Shown here one piece after another: positions 57,577 to 64,000 of a stretch of DNA of 64,000 nucleotides. The position numbers were made by a program, and so were the translations under genes. The stretch covers positions 310,001 to 374,000 of the forward strand of contig OZ244226.1 of assembly GCA_965217035.1 (NCBI GenBank), given 5' to 3'. Numbering within the stretch: position 1 is the first letter of the stretch; the number at the start of each line of letters is the position of its first letter. The notes under the pieces were generated by a model. The model searched no databases. It was given only the letters and a program-made list of their open reading frames with translations, and was not told the origin of the DNA. Source of the stretch: Bacteriovoracaceae bacterium. GTDB taxonomy: Bacteria > Bdellovibrionota > Bacteriovoracia > Bacteriovoracales > Bacteriovoracaceae.

Positions 57577-59139
57577 TTAAATTTTCTTCTTTGGGAACCG
57601 TGATTCTTCCATTAAAACAACATCTCCTAATGGTTCAAGATCACCGTGAAGTGCTACATAGTCGTCATATCGATAGATTTTATCATCAAATAGATAACGA
57701 ATAACTAAGCCCGACAGGATAACTAAGAATAGACATACAAGAGCAAGAAACACAGTTTTCTTTAAGGAATGAGATTTTAATTTTTCAATAAATGGTACTT
57801 CTTTATAGAAAGCAACATTTGGAATAACTGTATTTCTTTGAAATTCAAAAAACTCTAATCTTTTCTGAAGCTCTACGATTGCAATTTTAATAGGTTCAAC
57901 TAACTTAATCTTATGCTTAATCTCATTTTCTTCCTTAAGGACCTGTTCTCTTTCAAGTTGTAATGTTGTAATTTCTTCTTCTGTTCTTTGAAGAGTCTCT
58001 TTAACAACATCTAGTTTTACTTTAAGATCAGGAAGAACCTCCGACTTACTTTTATGATAAGTTTCATAAGAACTTGTTTCACGACTAATTTTCCCATAAC
58101 TTTTAATTTGTTTTTGAATTTTACGAATTTCTGCTTGAAGTAATCGGATTGTTTTTTTATTAGTCACTCGGTCATTATTTTGCTTTAAAAGAAGAATATT
58201 TTCTTGATATTGTGAAATCATTCTTTCAAGTCTATTTACATTTTCATACTTCAATCGCTGTTTCGATGAGTTCTTTCCATAAACCTCATCTGTTAAATAC
58301 TTAATTTGTAAATCATACTCATTTTTTTTTGCAAGCTCTTTATTATAGATTAATTGCAAATCCGCTATTCTTTGCTTGATATCAAAATGTTTTGATTCTA
58401 ATGAAGCCATTCGACTCGTAAGCTCTTCAAGATCATTCTCTTGAACAATAACTTCTTTATCATTGATCATTTCCTTAACCATATTAATTTTAAGGTCAAG
58501 ATAATCGATTTCATCTTTTTTCAGAACAGCGAGAATTTCTTCCTTAATAATACCATTTAAAAACTCAACCGTTTTTCGATGACTTCCACTTACGATAAGT
58601 GAGTAATCATCTGAACCAATATTCTTTTTGACGTTATACATGCTTACCAGAACATCAGAAAGATCTTTAATAAAACATTCTTGCTCCATCTGACAATCAT
58701 CTCTAATTTCTGAAAGAGTGAGAATTTCCCCTCTTCCTATCTTGAAGTCAAAATTGATTTCATTATTTAAGACTCTTTTAATAAAGGCGTCTTTAAACTC
58801 CCAGCTATAAATAAGAGCTTTTAACCGATCAAGGTCTGAGTTTTCCTCTGAAAGCTCAATCGGACTCAAGCCCTTCATAAAAGCGTTACCAAGATCGCTT
58901 GTTTTCTCAGTTTCAACTTCTCTAAAACGAAACTTTGAAACTTTTAAATAAACATTTGGCTGATAAGCGAAGAGATAAGTAAAATACCCCAAAACAAGGC
59001 CAGAAGTAATAAATACCATCTTTTTATAACGACCGATGAGTTTAAAAATATGATCGAGATCAAGAAAATATCTTGAATCAAAAAACTTGGAAATTTTCAA
59101 AGAAAAATTACTCTTGCTCAAGAAAAACTCCACTTTCAT
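57577..59139 (-). CDS. Polysaccharide co-polymerase (Wzz/Wzc N-terminal-like, no kinase domain)
   Basis: Two TMs flanking a long coiled coil; C-terminal LFDDKI…LEPLGDV; exact start uncertain. Confidence 0.75.
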   Translation of the reverse strand: MKVEFFLSKSNFSLKISKFFDSRYFLDLDHIFKLIGRYKKMVFITSGLVLGYFTYLFAYQPNVYLKVSKFRFREVETEKTSDLGNAFMKGLSPIELSEENSDLDRLKALIYSWEFKDAFIKRVLNNEINFDFKIGRGEILTLSEIRDDCQMEQECFIKDLSDVLVSMYNVKKNIGSDDYSLIVSGSHRKTVEFLNGIIKEEILAVLKKDEIDYLDLKINMVKEMINDKEVIVQENDLEELTSRMASLESKHFDIKQRIADLQLIYNKELAKKNEYDLQIKYLTDEVYGKNSSKQRLKYENVNRLERMISQYQENILLLKQNNDRVTNKKTIRLLQAEIRKIQKQIKSYGKISRETSSYETYHKSKSEVLPDLKVKLDVVKETLQRTEEEITTLQLEREQVLKEENEIKHKIKLVEPIKIAIVELQKRLEFFEFQRNTVIPNVAFYKEVPFIEKLKSHSLKKTVFLALVCLFLVILSGLVIRYLFDDKIYRYDDYVALHGDLEPLGDVVLMEESRFPKKKI

Positions 59140-59788
59140 TTAAATCATATTTTTTAAAAAAATCTCGAATAGTATTAAATCCACCATGCGTTGAGTTTTT
59201 TAACTGAAGTGTATAAGCAACACTATTGCTATTCAGAAAAATGACCTTATGAATATCTTCTCTTTTCAAACCACTCAATCGATTCTTAACGGCGACAATC
59301 ATCATCTGGAAATAGTCAGTGATTCTTTGGTAAAGATCCTCAAACTCTTGAACCGTTTCACATCGTGCTCTCAAAGCTCGAAGTTCAGTAATATTCAAAA
59401 TTGTGACGTTCGCTGATGTTTTAAAGACAGTAATCGACTCACCTGAGCCAATAGCAATTTTCTCTTCTTTGATTTCTCCCGACTTCAAAAAATGAGAAAA
59501 ACACTGGATGTCTCCAACAATACAAACGCTATACTTGTACTGATATTCAAAATAAGAACCTATCGCCCAAATTGTGTTTACCCAATTTCTTAAACTTCCA
59601 TTATTATAAATAACAAGTTTTGGATGAAAAGCTGGAATTCGCTGACGAAGTGCCTTGCAAACTCCAACAAGATTCTCATAATCTTTTATCTTATAAAGTG
59701 CCTTAGAGCGCTGAACAGCAAATAACTCTTGTTGCTCAGTCTCTTTGAACTCTAATAAGTTTTTCGCTCCATTAAAATCTGTGGCCAT
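59108..59788 (-). CDS. Hypothetical protein, probably a degenerate BY-kinase (CapB/Wzc C-terminal) homologue
   Basis: Residue pattern collinear with CapB but no Walker A/B; overlaps the co-polymerase gene. Confidence 0.5.
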   Translation of the reverse strand: MATDFNGAKNLLEFKETEQQELFAVQRSKALYKIKDYENLVGVCKALRQRIPAFHPKLVIYNNGSLRNWVNTIWAIGSYFEYQYKYSVCIVGDIQCFSHFLKSGEIKEEKIAIGSGESITVFKTSANVTILNITELRALRARCETVQEFEDLYQRITDYFQMMIVAVKNRLSGLKREDIHKVIFLNSNSVAYTLQLKNSTHGGFNTIRDFFKKYDLNESGVFLEQE

Positions 59789-59932
59789 CTGTAAACCTAG
59801 TTCTTTGGGAGAAACAGTCTTCCCCTAGGTAACTTTTCGAGATTTTGAAGAGAAATTACACCTCGCTTCATAAAAAGGAAAAGTCTACCTACTTGAAGGA
59901 ATTCCCGCTAAGAATGCTACATTAAAAAAGGT

Positions 59933-60400
59933 ATGCAAGATCAACTCGATACAGACAGATTTAATCAACTTCTCGAATGCTTAAGACCTTTTAAATGGTC
60001 ACTTTTTCTTTCTCATGGCGCTTATGAGGATTTTGTTTGTTTGTACTCTGATCAAAAATACCTAAAAAATAAAACCTACAGACTCTATGAAGTAACTCCT
60101 CTTGTTCGATTTTTAGCCTCAAGACAAAATATTTTAAACTTTTCCAAATCTGATCTTGATAAAAATAATGAAGCTGATGATCTATGCTATATCCATCGTT
60201 GGAATGAATTCACCAGACAAATTATTGTTTTCCACACAAGTAATTCTCATCATTTTGATAACTATAAATTGAATGACTTTCTGACTCTAAACGATCAGTT
60301 TATTTCAAAGAAATTTATCAACTATTATAAAAATTATCAATTAAGAGAAACTCAACAAAAAGGAAAAACAAATGAACTCAAGGTTCTTCCCTCGCTATAA
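59933..60400 (+). CDS. Hypothetical protein
   Basis: 155-aa ORF with extended -10-like TGCTACATT upstream; overlaps the PilZ gene. Confidence 0.65.
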   Translation: MQDQLDTDRFNQLLECLRPFKWSLFLSHGAYEDFVCLYSDQKYLKNKTYRLYEVTPLVRFLASRQNILNFSKSDLDKNNEADDLCYIHRWNEFTRQIIVFHTSNSHHFDNYKLNDFLTLNDQFISKKFINYYKNYQLRETQQKGKTNELKVLPSL

Positions 60401-60788
60401 TATCTCAGATAGTCGTTTTGATCTTTTTTTCTTGGGTAAAAACCTTTCAGCTCTTCCCGACATTACAAATATCGTCGATGTTTCCCTCTCTGGTATCAAA
60501 ATTCATCTTAAAAATTTAGATCCACAGTTCACAGGAGCTAAGGTCTGTATAAAAATGGCAAACCAAACTCTCTATTTTCAGACAAGACTCATTTGGAGTC
60601 AAAGTCTGAACCAAGATGAATTTGTAGTCGGATTGAAACTTATTATTCCAACTGTTGAAACTTTTCAAAAATGGTTAGCTCTTATTGAGCAACTTGACGT
60701 TAATTTTGTAAAAGAAAGAGACAAACGAAATGAAAGAACTCTTCAAACTATGAAAGATTCAACGGCGCACCATGCCTCATTGTATTAA
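60372..60788 (+). CDS. Single-domain PilZ protein
   Basis: RFFPR (RxxxR) and DVSLSG (DxSxxG); AGGA SD. Confidence 0.8.
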   Translation: MNSRFFPRYNISDSRFDLFFLGKNLSALPDITNIVDVSLSGIKIHLKNLDPQFTGAKVCIKMANQTLYFQTRLIWSQSLNQDEFVVGLKLIIPTVETFQKWLALIEQLDVNFVKERDKRNERTLQTMKDSTAHHASLY

Positions 60789-63700
60789 GGGCCACACTCT
60801 TAGGTTCAGAAAGAAATCTTATATAATCTTCTTCATCATAAATATTGCCTGAAATATTAGAAAAAACCTTAGTCAACGATCTTTCTCCGAAGAGATTTAT
60901 TTGTTTGAAGCATCGCTCTCTAAAATCTTCATCTCCATCTAATATCACTCTTTCAAAAAAAGTTTTGAATGCAAAAGATTCAAGTAGCTCAAAATTACCA
61001 AAAAGAATTTCAATACTTTGAAGAGAAGCATAGTGAGAAGATGCTTCAGCATAAACCTTTTGATTCGTACAAATAATTGTAGTCGGAAGACCAAAAAGAT
61101 AAGAACTATTTATCCAGCGAGATATCTTTAATGAAATCTCTTCTTGGCTAAGAATGATAAGAACTTTTTTCTCAGAAACATCAGTAAGAGTATAAGACAA
61201 CTGGCCTTCAATAAATCGATTCGGCGATTGATAGCCATTTTCTAAAACTTTGAAGAGCATATTATAGAAATCACGATCAATCATTTCTCTCGAAAGAATA
61301 TTCTGTAATCTTTGACTTTCAGATTCATGATTCTTTAAAGCTGTCTGATAATAATTCGAACCATTTTTAGAAATGACTGTTTCGATCTTTTCAAAACTCT
61401 CATCATTAACATGTAACTCTCTTAAATACCTTCGCCCGCCTGCTTTTGGACCTGTTCCCGAATACTTAAAACCTCCAAAAGGCTCTATCGCAACCCTCGC
61501 CCCCGTATTAGGTCGATTCACATACAAATTTCCGGCTTTTGCTTTTATAAGAAATTGATCAATTTCATCCTGAGATTGAGAATAAATACCTGCTGTCAAT
61601 GCAAAGTCTGTAGAGTTAAGAAGCTCTATTGCTTGGTCAAGCGTTTCAAATTCAATTATATGAATGATTGGAGCGAAATGCTCTTTCTGAGCTTCACTTT
61701 CCTTATCAAAGCCTCTTTCTGTTGGAAGTTCGACGATTAGAGGCCCAACACAATTAGTCTCTTTATCTCCTTCCTCTACTCTATCAAGGTGAATTTTTCC
61801 TCCAAAAAGCTTAGATTCTTCCTTTATTCTATTCCTCGTATCGAGAATACGATTTCGATCTTCTTTTGTAATAATAGGATTGATGCTTGTTTCCCATAAA
61901 CTTGCGGCACCAACTTTTTTCACCTTAGTTGCTTTTAAGAAACGATCAAGAAAATTCTTTTTTATGCTTTTGTGAACCAAAACTCTGGAAGCTGCCGAGC
62001 ATTTTTGCCCGGAATGAGCAAAAGCAGAATATAAAACACCATCAACAGTCTCATCTAGCTCAGCATTATTAGTCACAATAATTGCATTCTTCCCACCCAT
62101 CTCTGCAATCATTGTTCTTTGGTAGGGCCTCATTAATTGAGGGTGTGTGTATTGCTTGAGTGAATGTTGTTTAAAAAGATGGCAACCAACTTCTTTAGAG
62201 CCAGTAAAGACAACCCCGGCGACTCTTTCATCTTCACCAAGTGCTTGTCCAACATCACTTCCTTCTCCTGGAATATGCTGTAGAATTCCACGGGGAACTC
62301 CAGCTCGATGGAAAATTTCAACCATCATCTCCGCAATAAGAGGAGATTGTTCCGCTGACTTCAAACATACTGAGTTTCCAGCTATAAGAGAAGCGACAGT
62401 CATGCCACAAGGAATCGCCAGAGGAAAATTCCATGGAGCGATAACAAGGAAGACTCCCTTTGCTTTGGCATTAATACTTGTTTCCAAGAACCTAAGCTCT
62501 TCTCTGAGATAAAAACTGATAAAATCAATTGCTTCATCAACATCAGCAATCGCTTCTTTATGAGTCTTACCTGATTCATGAACAATCAGATTCGAAAGAG
62601 TATCTCGCTTATATTTCAAGTAATGATTCGCCTTAATGAGAACCCTTGCTCGAATATCAAATCTTGTGCTCCAATCATCTCGTAAGAAACAATCAGAAGC
62701 GGTATCTATGATTTTCTTTGCATCAGATGCGGTGTAATGCTTAATGCTTCCTAAAAGAAGTTTACGATTAGATGGCGAATAAATATCAAAATTATTGTTT
62801 GTTCTCTCTCCAAAGCTTGCTATAAGCTGCTCTCCACTCATCTCATATTCTTTTCGTCTCTTAGAAAGATAAGTTTTTATAGGAGCGTTATTAAAAAAGT
62901 TTTCACTTTGAGTAGAGAAGTTCTTTTCAAATAAATAACGCCGTTCTTGAATCTTGCGATTTAATTTTTGAGCAAGATCAATGTTCTTTAATTGATCACG
63001 ATGAGATCGCATCATCGCGAGGATTCCAACCTGTGAGGAGTTTTCCATGATTCTGCGGACAAGATAAGCCATTCCAACGATTAAATCTCCTACGGGAACA
63101 TAATTTCTTACCGTAAAACCTAATTTCTCAAGTCCTCTCGAAAGCGCTTCATAAGTCATATGCAAACACTGATGCTCGATTGGATGTGCCGCAGGTATTT
63201 GTTTCTCTCTTAAGGCTTGGGCAAAGCAATGATCACTTAAATTATGAGAAGCTAAGCAAAGTTGAAGAAACGGCTGTTTCAAAATTTCAAAGATCAATTG
63301 TCTGAAATGAATATCGGTTTCGACTTTGTTTATAAACTGTGGAGGTGAATCAGAATGCGCATCAGCTTCAACCGTTTCAGCGTCCCAATAAGCACCTTTT
63401 ACAAGTCTGACAGGCATTAAGATTTTTCGTTTCTGAGAGAAAAACTGAATTTCATTATAATGTTCAAATGCATCTTTTAAATAAGCTTGAATGACTATTC
63501 CTGTATCTTCCCACTTATAAAGTTCTTCATCTTCTTCTAAAACTTTCTTATAAATCTCCCAAACAATATCTCGATAATGATAATGTTCAGCATCGATATT
63601 GATAAAAACTTTCTCATTTTTAGCGGCATGAAGGATTTCTTTTAATCGGGGGGCAATTTGGTTATAAGAATGTTCAAAAGCTTCAGGAATAAAATCACTT

Positions 63701-63999
63701 GCTAAAGCAGAGACCTTAATCGAAACATGAGCCTTAAGGATTCCGACCTTATTTCTTTCTCCTCGAGTAAAAATATCCTTCATCCCTCTGATGACTTCAA
63801 GAACTCGCTCTTTATAAAGGTCTGCTTCTTCTTCTGTTAGAACTAACTCACCAAGTTGATCAACAGTCGCATTCCGCCCTGTTTGGTCGAGATTAAGAAG
63901 AACTTTTTTGGAAGTGCGAATATCCTCACCTGCAATAAAACGCTTCGCCATATAACGAGTTGATTGCCTCAAAATAAAACTTAAGAAGAAGGCTGGTAC
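60748..63999 (-). CDS. putA: Bifunctional proline dehydrogenase / P5C dehydrogenase (5' truncated by window edge)
   Basis: RFIAGE, DAEH, RLVKGAYWD, ASHN, YLVRRIMENS; PWNFPLAI, FTGS, EMGGKN, GQKCSA, PFGGFKYSG; frame open to the window end. Confidence 0.95.
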   Translation of the reverse strand, partial: VPAFFLSFILRQSTRYMAKRFIAGEDIRTSKKVLLNLDQTGRNATVDQLGELVLTEEEADLYKERVLEVIRGMKDIFTRGERNKVGILKAHVSIKVSALASDFIPEAFEHSYNQIAPRLKEILHAAKNEKVFINIDAEHYHYRDIVWEIYKKVLEEDEELYKWEDTGIVIQAYLKDAFEHYNEIQFFSQKRKILMPVRLVKGAYWDAETVEADAHSDSPPQFINKVETDIHFRQLIFEILKQPFLQLCLASHNLSDHCFAQALREKQIPAAHPIEHQCLHMTYEALSRGLEKLGFTVRNYVPVGDLIVGMAYLVRRIMENSSQVGILAMMRSHRDQLKNIDLAQKLNRKIQERRYLFEKNFSTQSENFFNNAPIKTYLSKRRKEYEMSGEQLIASFGERTNNNFDIYSPSNRKLLLGSIKHYTASDAKKIIDTASDCFLRDDWSTRFDIRARVLIKANHYLKYKRDTLSNLIVHESGKTHKEAIADVDEAIDFISFYLREELRFLETSINAKAKGVFLVIAPWNFPLAIPCGMTVASLIAGNSVCLKSAEQSPLIAEMMVEIFHRAGVPRGILQHIPGEGSDVGQALGEDERVAGVVFTGSKEVGCHLFKQHSLKQYTHPQLMRPYQRTMIAEMGGKNAIIVTNNAELDETVDGVLYSAFAHSGQKCSAASRVLVHKSIKKNFLDRFLKATKVKKVGAASLWETSINPIITKEDRNRILDTRNRIKEESKLFGGKIHLDRVEEGDKETNCVGPLIVELPTERGFDKESEAQKEHFAPIIHIIEFETLDQAIELLNSTDFALTAGIYSQSQDEIDQFLIKAKAGNLYVNRPNTGARVAIEPFGGFKYSGTGPKAGGRRYLRELHVNDESFEKIETVISKNGSNYYQTALKNHESESQRLQNILSREMIDRDFYNMLFKVLENGYQSPNRFIEGQLSYTLTDVSEKKVLIILSQEEISLKISRWINSSYLFGLPTTIICTNQKVYAEASSHYASLQSIEILFGNFELLESFAFKTFFERVILDGDEDFRERCFKQINLFGERSLTKVFSNISGNIYDEEDYIRFLSEPKSVALNTMRHGAPLNLS

Positions 64000-64000
64000 A

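Noticed and set aside
1..64000. Short alternative-frame and antisense ORFs in the supplied track (e.g. 302-538, 9484-9852, 20010-20393, 30550-30960, 62147-62512)
   Set aside because: They are nested in or largely overlap well-supported genes and have no recognisable motifs; shadow ORFs
1..64000. CRISPR arrays, rRNA, IS elements, recognisable anti-phage defence operons
   Set aside because: No periodic repeats, transposase or integrase motifs, or rRNA-like sequence seen; intergenic gaps are short (largest ~530 bp)

Overview
AT-rich bacterial chromosome segment, almost fully coding, with no rRNA, tRNA, CRISPR array, transposase or integrase recognisable. Gene content and promoter style suggest a predatory Bdellovibrionota (Bacteriovorax/Halobacteriovorax-like) host; this is inference. 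Housekeeping genes: marC-family, uppP, a stand-alone fusA, iscR-like/iscS, a DEAD-box helicase, glmM-pdxJ-nnr-tsaE, asnS, rsmJ-like, gcvP and putA. There are also many secreted hypothetical proteins and a ~14 kb Wzx/Wzy polysaccharide locus. Most notable: (1) a chromosomal two-subunit type IIA topoisomerase with T4-phage/eukaryote-like motifs and no C-terminal pinwheel; (2) a signal-peptide-bearing divergent SelO-like pseudokinase/AMPylase behind a sigma28-like leaderless promoter; (3) an unannotated ~175 nt RNA between a near-consensus sigma54 promoter and an intrinsic terminator; (4) a PglC-PglD-PglE triple fusion plus a degenerate BY-kinase-like protein in the glycan locus; (5) a cysteine-free IscR homologue with IscR-like operators; (6) recurring sigma28-like and leaderless promoters; (7) an ACT-domain gene with an in-frame TGA at a Trp position. 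All family calls are from motif recognition by eye, not database searches.
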